A stretch of 64,000 nucleotides of DNA from a virus (lineage: Duplodnaviria; Caudoviricetes). Below are positions 1 to 9,472 of the stretch, piece after piece. The notes below the pieces were generated by a model. It was given only the letters and a program-made list of their open reading frames with translations. It was not told where the DNA came from and made no database searches. Position numbers and translations under genes: made by a program. The DNA lies in IMG/VR virus record IMGVR_UViG_3300037067_027616, positions 320,001-384,000 of that record; one strand, given 5' to 3'. The first letter of the stretch is position 1, and the number at the start of each line of letters is the position of its first letter.

Positions 1-6
1 AACGAG

Positions 7-459
7 ATGCAGAAGAGCATGCTTTCATACGCCATACGGTCAGTGGACGGTGAGGAGATCCCAGACACGATTTCAGAAACCGGTCCAGACGGCAAAGAGA
101 TAAGCAAGGAGAGGCCTATTTATGTGCGCGAGATTCTTGATGGGCTGCCCCACAAGGTAATCGAGAGCCTTTTCGATGTGTACGTGGATCTCCGCGAGCA
201 GAAGGAACAGGAGATAGGAAAATCTCTCACTTATTCGTGGTACAAGACCCCTGAGCAACGGGAGAAGGAAAACAAGGACAGGGAGAAGAAGGCAGAGGAG
301 GAAGCAAAGGAGAAGGAAAAGAAGGAAATGGAGGCTTTGGCGAGTAAGTTGTCTGTAAAAGCCCCTGCCGCCAACGCGGTACCATCTCCTGATGCCGAGA
401 TAAATTTTGTTAAGCTCCCTGACGATCATGGGGATGAAAGCCCGGCGCCAAAGGTTTGA
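7..459 (+). CDS. Probable tail assembly chaperone (probably 5'-truncated by the window edge)
   Basis: Lies two genes upstream of the tape measure. The acidic helical sequence LSYAIRSVDG...LPHKVIESLFDVY resembles myophage tail chaperones. The frame is open back to base 1. Confidence 0.45.
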   Translation: MQKSMLSYAIRSVDGEEIPDTISETGPDGKEISKERPIYVREILDGLPHKVIESLFDVYVDLREQKEQEIGKSLTYSWYKTPEQREKENKDREKKAEEEAKEKEKKEMEALASKLSVKAPAANAVPSPDAEINFVKLPDDHGDESPAPKV

Positions 460-473
460 CCTGGCGGTGACTT

Positions 474-1502
474 ATGGATGTAGAAGAGGCCTATCCGGTC
501 ATCGAGCGCATAATCGTAAACGGTTTTTTGACCGTTGAATTGAGGATTGACGGAAGTTACCTTGTTATGAAGAATTTGACTGACAAGGAATCCTCGATGC
601 TTGACATGTTCAGGGATAGGAACAATGTTCTTTCCGATTTCACATGCAAGTTGGCTTTTTGCACATTCTCCATCGATGGTGAGAGCCTACTCGATCGCAG
701 ATCGGAGGCCGTGCCTGCGCTCATGGAGATGTACTCTTCAGCCCCTGTCAGCTTGGTGTCTTCCGTCAAAGAATCCGTATTGGGATTGAGTGGTAAGTAT
801 TTCGATGTTTTGGAGTATCTGGAGGGTTATTGTTACACGGACAGGTCGCGTTACTTGTGGAAAATATACAAGGAAGACGGCCTTTTTTCATTGCCTGGAT
901 CGCGGTTGTCTGGTCTAAATGCAGTGCAGGAGAATTGGGCGATAATAAACAGGCAGTTGGATGAGGAGGAGGATTACCATAAGCAGTTCCATCTGTTCCT
1001 CATGGTTGCTTCCTCTATGAATGCCAAAGGCTCCAAGATGATAGCCCGCAACTATGATACCCAGAGGAATGAATTAAAGGACTTGCGGGTCGAGATAACA
1101 AAATGGGGGTACGACAAGAAGCGTGTTGAGCAGGAGAAGAAGAATGCCGAGTGGACGACCCCGTTGAGGAACCGTGAGGATATTGTGCGCGAACTTTACA
1201 GGCAGATGCGTGGTGAGAAGGACAAGCATGATCTTTTCATCGATAAATGGATGGTGCAACAGCGCGATAGAGCCGAAGCGGCAAAAAAACAGGCGGCGGA
1301 AAGGGCGGCGGCTTTCCGGGAGGGTTTGAATGTTCCGGATCAGAATCTCGATGCCGAGGAGTCGCGTAGCGTGACAAGTGAGGAAATTGAGGCATTGTCC
1401 AAGGCACCAAAAAATTATACGCCAGGTTATATGAGTTCGTATGCTCATCTTGAAAAAGATGACAGGTTCATCAAGAAGATCAGTTCAAGGGTAATAAGGT
1501 AG
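474..1502 (+). CDS. Probable second tail assembly chaperone / pre-tape-measure protein
   Basis: 342-aa helical protein directly before the tape measure. Its LAFCTFSIDG segment resembles LSYAIRSVDG in the preceding ORF. Confidence 0.4.
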   Translation: MDVEEAYPVIERIIVNGFLTVELRIDGSYLVMKNLTDKESSMLDMFRDRNNVLSDFTCKLAFCTFSIDGESLLDRRSEAVPALMEMYSSAPVSLVSSVKESVLGLSGKYFDVLEYLEGYCYTDRSRYLWKIYKEDGLFSLPGSRLSGLNAVQENWAIINRQLDEEEDYHKQFHLFLMVASSMNAKGSKMIARNYDTQRNELKDLRVEITKWGYDKKRVEQEKKNAEWTTPLRNREDIVRELYRQMRGEKDKHDLFIDKWMVQQRDRAEAAKKQAAERAAAFREGLNVPDQNLDAEESRSVTSEEIEALSKAPKNYTPGYMSSYAHLEKDDRFIKKISSRVIR

Positions 1503-1509
1503 GTCATCG

Positions 1510-4500
1510 ATGGCAAATATTTATCAAGACCCTCAGAAGTTAAGAGAACTCAACGATGCTATGATGGTGCACCGTGATGTACTGTCTGAGGTTGAATCTA
1601 AACAGCGTGCACTTGACAAGGCCATAAACAGGCTTGACAAGAATTCTAAAAAATATGAAGAAACCCTTGGGTCTTTAAATAAACAATATGATGTTTTGGA
1701 AAAACAGAAGGTAGTGGTCGCTACGTCTTTGAAGGGTTGGGAAAAAGCCGAGCGCAAAATAAGGTTGGTTCAAGGTGAAATAGACACTGTTGGAAGAAAA
1801 ATGACTTCCTCGGTGTCGTCCTTGAAAACAAAATCAGTTGCCGAGTACAATGAGGCACTAAAGCAGACCACCAAATTATACAGACAGCAATTGGACGAAT
1901 TGAAGGCAAGGGGCATGATAGGCGATGCCCTTTATAGTCAACTCATGAAGAAAGAGGCTGACTACCACAAGGTTGTTCTCCAGAATGCCAGCGAGAGAAC
2001 AAAAATGCTCGAGAACATGAAGAGCGATATTGTGGACGTGAGAAAAGAGGCCGAGAAAAAGTGGTCCCAAGAATTCTTTGGCGGGAAAGGTGTGGGAGGC
2101 ATTGCAGGGGGCGCAGGTAAAATAGTAGGAATAGAATCAAAAACCCTCTCTGGGGCCGGAGGGGCTTTCAAAGCAGGTATGGGTGGGACGGAACAAATTG
2201 GTGGCGCTTTCAAAAACATGCTTGGTATGATGAAAGATGCAGGCGGCGGTGTTATGTCGTTTGCCGGCGCTATGAAGGCTTTGGGGCTTGCAATGAAAGG
2301 TCTTAATTGGATTGGTTTGTTGGTAGGGGGACTCAAGGCCGTTGTTTCCGTTGTCAATGAACTTGATGGCATGATGAAGAAGTTGAACCAAAGTTGGAGA
2401 GAGATGGCAGGTTCTCCGGCTCTTCTGAAAAACGTAAGAACGAGCATGAAGGAGTTCAACGACTCGATTTTTGATGTTGGCCGTAACATGAGGCTTGGAT
2501 TGAAATCCTCTGACATACAGGAATTCTTCAAGGCGATGTCGACGGGTGGGTTGTCGCTCGAAGGCGTTAAGAAAAAAATGGGTGGGTATAACGAGGCCAT
2601 CGAGGAAGGGTTCCGCCTTAGCAGACAGTTTGGGGTGTCGTTCAGCGAGATGGGTACGATGATGTCTTCACAGATGATGAACCTTCGTAGCAGTCTCGAT
2701 GACGTGAATGACGCGTTCAAGACGATGTCATACGGCGCCGCTGTCGCGGGTGTTTCGTCTCAGAAGTTCTACCAGGTGGTTGAGAATGTAAGTATGTCTT
2801 TGTCATTTTATGGCAACCATTTGAAAACCACATCGGGCATGCTCGCAAAATTTGTTGAAACGGGCACCATGGGGTTCAAAGATGCTTCTGAAACAGTTGA
2901 AAACTTGATGGGTACTTTTAAGAAAATGGGGATAGACCAGAGAAGGGCCCTTGTTAACATAGTCGGTGAAGACAAAATTCGTAAGTGGTATTCTGACAGG
3001 GCAAAAGACATAAATAAAGCCATCGAGGATCAAGAGGCTATCATCAAGGCTGCTCCGGATACGGCAGAGGGTCAAGCCGCATCAAAAACTGCGCAACGTA
3101 GAAGTCAACAGTTAAGAACGGATCAAAGACAGATAAGTAGAATACTCAACACCCGGGACATAACAAACTATGCCGCCAATTTGGAAATGGTAGCAGAAAG
3201 GGCCATGGAGGCTGCCATAAGCGCAATGAACGAGGCGGGGGTCGACTTTTTCTCTGACATAACGGGTTCTATGGCGTACCTTGGAAAGGTTATGGGATGG
3301 AGCATTGATGAGATAAATAAGGCTACGAAGGGCGCAAATGTTACGATGGACATATTCCAAAGCAGTATGGATCTGCTTACTTCGGGTATTAAGAAAGTTA
3401 AAAAAGAAGACATAAAAGCGCTTGCACGGGACGTCCAAATGTTTTATACAGATCCGACTATGAGTTCGTTTCAGACGGTAGATAGTATGATGGAAGACGT
3501 GGGTAAAAGATTGTCGTCTAAAGAATTTGGCCTCGACCCAAATGAAGTAGGTACTCTTTTGGAATTGATTCGTAACGGGGGGGCGGCATTCGCGGATGTC
3601 GTCAACGACATAATTGCGGGAACATTCACCCCGGAAAAATGGGGAAAAGCCGCGATGAAGCATGGCACATATGCAAGCAAAGAGGTTGGATATTCTAATG
3701 AAGCCCTTGACCAAATGGTTAAGCAGACGACCCCTATAGCTGATTATCTTCATATAGGTAAGGAGAACGTGAAGTATGCTTTGGCGGGTTCAAATCTGAT
3801 GGCCAATGTGGCTTTGGCAACAGCAAATATAGCTGACAAGGCTGGTGGGATTCTTGCTGTACTTACTTCGTGGTTTAAGATTGCAGAGAGATTCATGGCC
3901 AAGGATAAGGGCGCCCCAAGCAGGGCTGAAGAGGCTGCACACGCCCAGCCGTATGCTGAACAACTTTATAAACGTCAAGAAGTGCTTATGGGTATGAGGG
4001 GAGTTGAAGCTAAAGCTGAGAGATCCACCTCTACATTAGATACCGAAATAGGAAATGTCGCATCTGAAATAGCTGTATTGGAGTCTAGATACGAGGATGT
4101 TTCTTATATGACGGATGAGGCTAGAAAAAAAGGAATGGAATTAGCTTCTGAACAATTGGAGGGTTTGGTTAATTTAAGAACCGAAATAGATGCCGGGATG
4201 AAAAAACAAGAAGAGTATGCAACTAAAATAAAAAAGGCCGGCGAGAACACTGAAGAAAGGATAGAATTGGAAAGAGTGGCCTATAACCTTGACGAGCAAG
4301 TTAATAAAGCCATAAGACAATACAATAGTTTGTTGGGAACAAAAACAAAATACGAAGCAACGTATGACAAACAAACAGGAAAATTGTCTACTAGGGAAAT
4401 TGCTGAAACAGCTCCGGGTATGACGGAACTTCCAGAGTCTTACACGAAAGGGGTAGAAAAGAAAGCTTCTGCGGAAAATATGCGCGTGGCGCAAGATTTC

Positions 4501-4779
4501 TTGGCAAAATCGGGTGGGATCGTCAATGTTTCAAAAGGAGATCTCGTTGTTGACAGCAAGTCAGTTGCCGATGGAATAATGATGGGTAAAGGCCAACTTA
4601 TGGATTTTGGCGCGGGTATCATGAAAGGACCTTCTGGATCAGGCATGAGCATAGGGGAAATTCAATTGAATTTTAATGCCCCGATGAACGGAAAACCCGA
4701 GGACTACCGTAGGGTGTTTGTCGATGCTGTTGAGGACGTGGTTAACAGGAAGTTGTACAAAGAAAAAAGTAGGATATAA
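1510..4779 (+). CDS. Tail tape measure protein
   Basis: 1089 aa, rich in Ala/Gly/Met/Lys, long coiled-coil helices, a Gly-rich hydrophobic segment (GLNWIGLLVGGLKAVV), and a position between chaperones and baseplate genes. Confidence 0.8.
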   Translation: MANIYQDPQKLRELNDAMMVHRDVLSEVESKQRALDKAINRLDKNSKKYEETLGSLNKQYDVLEKQKVVVATSLKGWEKAERKIRLVQGEIDTVGRKMTSSVSSLKTKSVAEYNEALKQTTKLYRQQLDELKARGMIGDALYSQLMKKEADYHKVVLQNASERTKMLENMKSDIVDVRKEAEKKWSQEFFGGKGVGGIAGGAGKIVGIESKTLSGAGGAFKAGMGGTEQIGGAFKNMLGMMKDAGGGVMSFAGAMKALGLAMKGLNWIGLLVGGLKAVVSVVNELDGMMKKLNQSWREMAGSPALLKNVRTSMKEFNDSIFDVGRNMRLGLKSSDIQEFFKAMSTGGLSLEGVKKKMGGYNEAIEEGFRLSRQFGVSFSEMGTMMSSQMMNLRSSLDDVNDAFKTMSYGAAVAGVSSQKFYQVVENVSMSLSFYGNHLKTTSGMLAKFVETGTMGFKDASETVENLMGTFKKMGIDQRRALVNIVGEDKIRKWYSDRAKDINKAIEDQEAIIKAAPDTAEGQAASKTAQRRSQQLRTDQRQISRILNTRDITNYAANLEMVAERAMEAAISAMNEAGVDFFSDITGSMAYLGKVMGWSIDEINKATKGANVTMDIFQSSMDLLTSGIKKVKKEDIKALARDVQMFYTDPTMSSFQTVDSMMEDVGKRLSSKEFGLDPNEVGTLLELIRNGGAAFADVVNDIIAGTFTPEKWGKAAMKHGTYASKEVGYSNEALDQMVKQTTPIADYLHIGKENVKYALAGSNLMANVALATANIADKAGGILAVLTSWFKIAERFMAKDKGAPSRAEEAAHAQPYAEQLYKRQEVLMGMRGVEAKAERSTSTLDTEIGNVASEIAVLESRYEDVSYMTDEARKKGMELASEQLEGLVNLRTEIDAGMKKQEEYATKIKKAGENTEERIELERVAYNLDEQVNKAIRQYNSLLGTKTKYEATYDKQTGKLSTREIAETAPGMTELPESYTKGVEKKASAENMRVAQDFLAKSGGIVNVSKGDLVVDSKSVADGIMMGKGQLMDFGAGIMKGPSGSGMSIGEIQLNFNAPMNGKPEDYRRVFVDAVEDVVNRKLYKEKSRI

Positions 4780-4781
4780 AA

Positions 4782-5609
4782 GTGTCCCTATCAGATGTCA
4801 CGCCGACCAACACCCAAGACTTGATACAAGAACCCGTATCATCCCCCGTTTTGTATTTCGATGAGTCGCGCGCCGTGATGCGCAAGGTCTCCAACGCCGA
4901 TCTCGGGCTTAAGGAGGAAAGGGAGATAAGGCCATATCTTCGCAAGTTGCCTAACGAAATACCGGTGTTTTTGCGCATGGTTGACTCAAACATGAAGCCC
5001 TATAGCATAGTAATGAGCAACGGATTGGTGGTCACCTCCTTGAAAATGTCACCCAATCCTGAGGCTTTGACAATAAATTCTGCAAAAATGATCAACAGAT
5101 ATCAGACTCTTACGAGGTGGGTCGAGGAACATTGGGGTGATGAAATAGATGTCATAACTATGTCGGGGTCATCTTTCAGTTTTTTTGGTTACGCATTGAA
5201 TGGAAGATACCCTGGTTTAGTTGCCGAGTCACGCCGTTTGACTGAACCCTACAAGTACCTTAAAGAACTTCAGAAGCTTTTCACATATGACGGGTTCATC
5301 ATGCAGGACAACAGAACCTATGAGGGCAGTGTGGGATCCCTCAGAGTAGAAGGTTTTGTCAATCCCGTAGTCGAACAGTTTTTGAATGACCCCGACAATT
5401 TTGAGTTCGTCAACAACCATCCCCGGGAAGGCATGGTTAAAGAGCGCTTGTACATAAATTTTGCTTTCGACTATTTTTCATGTATGGGATACTTGGACAC
5501 TTTTGACATTGTGGAGGACAGCAAATCACCGTATAGAATGACCTATACTTTGGTTTTCAAGTCGGAAAAGACAGTGTACAAACAAGGTTCTTTGGCGGGT
5601 GGGAGATAA
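4782..5609 (+). CDS. Tail tube initiator / baseplate-tube junction-like protein (paralogue 1)
   Basis: GTG start directly after the tape measure. Motifs WVEEHWGDEIDVITMSGSS and GYLDTFDIVED..PYRMTYTLVF are shared with the next ORF. Confidence 0.55.
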   Translation: MSLSDVTPTNTQDLIQEPVSSPVLYFDESRAVMRKVSNADLGLKEEREIRPYLRKLPNEIPVFLRMVDSNMKPYSIVMSNGLVVTSLKMSPNPEALTINSAKMINRYQTLTRWVEEHWGDEIDVITMSGSSFSFFGYALNGRYPGLVAESRRLTEPYKYLKELQKLFTYDGFIMQDNRTYEGSVGSLRVEGFVNPVVEQFLNDPDNFEFVNNHPREGMVKERLYINFAFDYFSCMGYLDTFDIVEDSKSPYRMTYTLVFKSEKTVYKQGSLAGGR

Positions 5610-5612
5610 ATC

Positions 5613-6950
5613 ATGATAGTCGATCCCATTGGAACGACTGATGCTTTGAGAGGGCTTGTGAAGATGCAGGGTGGGGACTATCACACCGACCCGACAAGCA
5701 CGACGTATCCAAGTTCCTCGACGACATACATGACGGCTGTGCACACCCCGGCTAATTATGTTCCTTTTTCGATATCGATGTACAATGTTCAGAACGATGA
5801 GATACGCTATAGCCTGGATTTGATGGTGAATCCGTCTGATATACAGTTTGGTCATTCGCAGGCTTTTCAGAACGTCTATACACGAAAAGGTTGGGTGTCA
5901 ACTTATTGGGGGAATCAGCTTCGGACAATAACCGTGTCTGGTAGTTCCGCAGGGTTTTATTACAACCCCAATCAAGTCAAAAGCACTGTGGACGGATTGA
6001 AGATACATACGGGAGGACTCTCGAATTACAATCGGCGTAATTCGTTGGCTTTCGCTAATCTTTTTGCACTTATTTCGTTCTTCAAGAGGAACGGTGCTTA
6101 TTTTTTGAATGACGTAGCGGACCAGACTTTTTGGAAAGACGGGACTAGCAGGGTGATAAACGTCATGGATTTTGTAATGATATCGTATGACGGTACAGAC
6201 CACCTTGGGGGGTTCAACAGTTTCACAATAGATGACAACGCCTTGAATCCATATAGGATTAGCTATAATTTCGATTTTGTGGTGGCGGGACTCCGCGGTG
6301 ACCCTTTTGACGGACACCTACGCAAGGATAACAATGATTTGAACCCGCGTGTAGAAGTGAGTTTACAGGGTGACGATATGGAGTTAACAAAGACGGTTAG
6401 GATGGACGAAAATGAGCTAAATAAGTATTACAAGATGCCCAAGTTGTCGGCAACTACCGGAGAAGCCTATCTTAAGATGCCCGATTATGCTGCTCGATCA
6501 GAACCGCATCCCGTGCCCCCAGAGTTGCAGGCGACTCTTAAGACAGGGTACACATGCACATATTCACAATCTACTGGTCTTTTTACGTGTAAGGATTCTT
6601 CGGGTACGGTGGTGTTTGCACAGCAATGCTATTCTGGAAAAGGCGATGCACTTAATAACCCGAACCTCGAGTCAGTGTACCAGGCGGGTCCTATACCAAG
6701 GGGTGTTTGGGTTATTGACTCAACGCATGTTGATACTATTGGTCCATACACGGTTAATTTGACACCCGTTGGAAACAACAACGTTTTCAGCTATGGAAGA
6801 GAGGCGTCAGCATTTAGAATCCACGGTGATACTACTGACCAAAATCAAACAGCTTCTAAAGGGTGTATTATTATGGGTGGCGTTGATTTTAGAAGGACTC
6901 TCGTGGAGTTCGCAGGAACAAAAGGTGCCCTTTTGATCGTAACCGAATAG
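5613..6950 (+). CDS. Tube-initiator-like protein (paralogue 2) with C-terminal Tlde1/DUF2778 L,D-transpeptidase-like domain
   Basis: The N-terminal WVSTYWGNQLRTITVSGSS / FNSFTIDD..NPYRISYNFDF motifs match the previous ORF. The C-terminal YSGKG..NNP..GPIPRG.W..FRIHGD..ASKGCI is the DUF2778 signature with the His and Cys present. Confidence 0.7.
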   Translation: MIVDPIGTTDALRGLVKMQGGDYHTDPTSTTYPSSSTTYMTAVHTPANYVPFSISMYNVQNDEIRYSLDLMVNPSDIQFGHSQAFQNVYTRKGWVSTYWGNQLRTITVSGSSAGFYYNPNQVKSTVDGLKIHTGGLSNYNRRNSLAFANLFALISFFKRNGAYFLNDVADQTFWKDGTSRVINVMDFVMISYDGTDHLGGFNSFTIDDNALNPYRISYNFDFVVAGLRGDPFDGHLRKDNNDLNPRVEVSLQGDDMELTKTVRMDENELNKYYKMPKLSATTGEAYLKMPDYAARSEPHPVPPELQATLKTGYTCTYSQSTGLFTCKDSSGTVVFAQQCYSGKGDALNNPNLESVYQAGPIPRGVWVIDSTHVDTIGPYTVNLTPVGNNNVFSYGREASAFRIHGDTTDQNQTASKGCIIMGGVDFRRTLVEFAGTKGALLIVTE

Positions 6951-6957
6951 GCGCAGT

Positions 6958-9459
6958 ATGTCAGAGACTAGATCTGGTCTTTTTACACCAAATGAATTTC
7001 GAAGCAGGGGACTTTTGCGCCTCGCCCCCGATGCTTTTGTTTCTATAAACGGTGCGCTCGGAGCTCGAATACTTTCGCCGGTAAGTACTAATAATCTCAA
7101 AGGTTTGGAGATACGTGGTGGCGTGACATCAATCAATGTCAACCTCGCTTTAAATCCTCCGGGGTCATCGAAGGCTACGTTTACGGTTGTTGCTCCACAA
7201 TACAAGGGGCTTCATGAGGATTACTACATCAACCTCCCCAACGGCGTAAAGATGCCGTTTTTTACGCCCATGATGGAGGTTAAGATCTATATGAAGGGCA
7301 GATTCCTTGATGAAAGTACAGGCTACGTACCGCAGTACTACCCGGTTTTTTGGGGTATGATAACGAACGTGTCGGAAAGCTACAGCGGTGGTGCCAATAC
7401 GTTTACCATAAGTTGCAGTGACATTTTGACTTGGTGGAAATACCAAAAGATAACCATCAATCCTGCTGCCCTTTCAAGCATTTTTGGGGCCCCGACCATG
7501 AGAAGGTTCCCTACCGTTTTTGAGAACATGACTCCATGGGAAGTGATATATGCCTTGTTCTTGGACACGTTTTTCGTTTCAGACGGGCGTGCATACAATT
7601 TCATTTATCCCAAGTTGTCGACTAGCGGGTTCACACCCGATTTTGGAGGGCTGAAGGGTGCCGAACGCAGGCAGACGTTCACAGCACTTTCGATGGATAT
7701 CATCAGCTATTGGAACAAGCGTTTTGGTTTTGGCTTGGATACGGAGATAACCGATCCGGATAGGATGCCCCTTGAGATGTTTGGATTACAAGGACCTGTT
7801 TCACTCGAGTCGGTGCGCGAGGCTGTTTCAAGTTTCAGAACGACAGCGCGTTCGGCGAGACAGTCGAGCATACGGGCGCGGTTGACTCTCGATTATGGCA
7901 TGCTGTCCAGGATACAGCCTTATGGTGCCTTTGACCTTTTTGGTGATGGATCTGCCCCGACGGAATCGACTAAACTTGAAATAGCAAACCAAGTGTGTGA
8001 GCAGACACATATGGAATTTTTCTTGGACTCTAACGGAAGGCTCGTGTTTAAGCCGCCTCTCTACAATCTGGATGTAAACTCCGAAACAGTCCCGTATTAT
8101 GTGTTCAAGCCGGAGGATGTGACCACGATGAGTTTGGACGTGAACGGTGACGCCATCGTTAATTATTTGGAAGTCACCGCCCCGATGCGATATGAAATAC
8201 CTGGATTGGAGAATATAGGATACCACATCGATGTGGACAGCATCAAGAGATTCGGTATACGTTTTCAGTCTGTTGCCATGAGATATGGAAACGATGCGAG
8301 GACGTTGCGACTTATCGCTTGCGCTGAAATGACTAGGATCAATGGGCGTGCTTATACAGGAAGTTTAAGCACACCCCTCAGGCCGGAACTTCGTTTGGGC
8401 TACCCCATCTATGTAAAGCACCTCGATTCATATTTCTATGTTACCTCGATAAGTCATTCTGTCACGTTTGGCACATCCGCCACCACCGATATCGGTCTTG
8501 AATTCAGACGCGACAGAATGTGGGATGACGGAACGGTGACGGGGGTGCCCGGGACATTACTTAAGGCAAAAGTTTTGAGATATGATCCGAAGACGAACCT
8601 CGGTCTCAAGCACAAGGTTACAGACACGGAAAAAACAGCTTCCGAAGCCACGACCACCGAAAATACTGAAGCCGTTATGCAACGGTTAAGAGAGACTATT
8701 AAGGATGGTTCTGCTACTGATCAAGAACTTCAAATGCTCGTAAATGACATCCTCAAGGAGGATTTCAAAAGGGTCAGCGGTGTGTTGTCCGGGCCTCCAT
8801 CTCAAGGTTTCTACAAAGTCGATGATGCTTCAATCAAACGTACGGAAGCCAATGCAACAGGAGACCACATAGTTGAGAACGAACAACGCGTCCTTAAAAA
8901 GCAAAAGGGTTCTGAAGAGGACACAGCGGATGTTTCAGTTCCGTTTGAGCAACAGAAAGCTGAAGTGCAGGCTATCGTGTCTAATGAATTGATAATGGTT
9001 ACCGATGACACTGCCCCGTTTAGTGACAGGCTCGGTTACCGGCACATAGGCGCTTTTCCGTATGGTGCAAATTTGAAGGTTACAAGAGGAAGTAATCTCG
9101 TTGATACATCAAATCCTCGCGATTCAAGATCTGCACAAACAAATGCCGTTATAGGTGCCTCTGGTACCCGCACCTCCGTATCCACTTCAGGAAATACTGA
9201 AACGGCCAGTCAACCACCGAATACTGTTTCGCAGATTTCAGATCCGTCTAGGGTTGACCCGGATAAATTCAACATTGAGGTGGAACAAAGAAGACAAGCA
9301 GAAGAAGCCACATTCAATACGCCAAACCCAGATAATAACCCAAATCTTTTTCATACGGCACAACCGGATGCAACGAACGTTTCTAACAGTCAAGCATTTA
9401 ATAAAGCTGTCCAAATTCAAGTGGATGCTGATGCAGGGAATCAAAATGATTCGGTATGA
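6958..9459 (+). CDS. Baseplate hub protein (gp27/late control D-like)
   Basis: VFWGMITNVSESYSGG, MEFFLDSNGRLVFKPPLYN, LRPELRLGYPIY, FYVTSISHS are typical of the hub fold. It precedes the spike gene. Confidence 0.75.
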   Translation: MSETRSGLFTPNEFRSRGLLRLAPDAFVSINGALGARILSPVSTNNLKGLEIRGGVTSINVNLALNPPGSSKATFTVVAPQYKGLHEDYYINLPNGVKMPFFTPMMEVKIYMKGRFLDESTGYVPQYYPVFWGMITNVSESYSGGANTFTISCSDILTWWKYQKITINPAALSSIFGAPTMRRFPTVFENMTPWEVIYALFLDTFFVSDGRAYNFIYPKLSTSGFTPDFGGLKGAERRQTFTALSMDIISYWNKRFGFGLDTEITDPDRMPLEMFGLQGPVSLESVREAVSSFRTTARSARQSSIRARLTLDYGMLSRIQPYGAFDLFGDGSAPTESTKLEIANQVCEQTHMEFFLDSNGRLVFKPPLYNLDVNSETVPYYVFKPEDVTTMSLDVNGDAIVNYLEVTAPMRYEIPGLENIGYHIDVDSIKRFGIRFQSVAMRYGNDARTLRLIACAEMTRINGRAYTGSLSTPLRPELRLGYPIYVKHLDSYFYVTSISHSVTFGTSATTDIGLEFRRDRMWDDGTVTGVPGTLLKAKVLRYDPKTNLGLKHKVTDTEKTASEATTTENTEAVMQRLRETIKDGSATDQELQMLVNDILKEDFKRVSGVLSGPPSQGFYKVDDASIKRTEANATGDHIVENEQRVLKKQKGSEEDTADVSVPFEQQKAEVQAIVSNELIMVTDDTAPFSDRLGYRHIGAFPYGANLKVTRGSNLVDTSNPRDSRSAQTNAVIGASGTRTSVSTSGNTETASQPPNTVSQISDPSRVDPDKFNIEVEQRRQAEEATFNTPNPDNNPNLFHTAQPDATNVSNSQAFNKAVQIQVDADAGNQNDSV

Positions 9460-9472
9460 TTGGTGGTAAACT

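Noticed and set aside
402-474. Lambda G/GT-type -1 frameshift at A-AAT-TTT (402-408) fusing the two chaperone ORFs
   Set aside because: The heptamer is in phase and -1 is the frame of ORF 474, but that frame has stops at 411, 420, 435 and 468.
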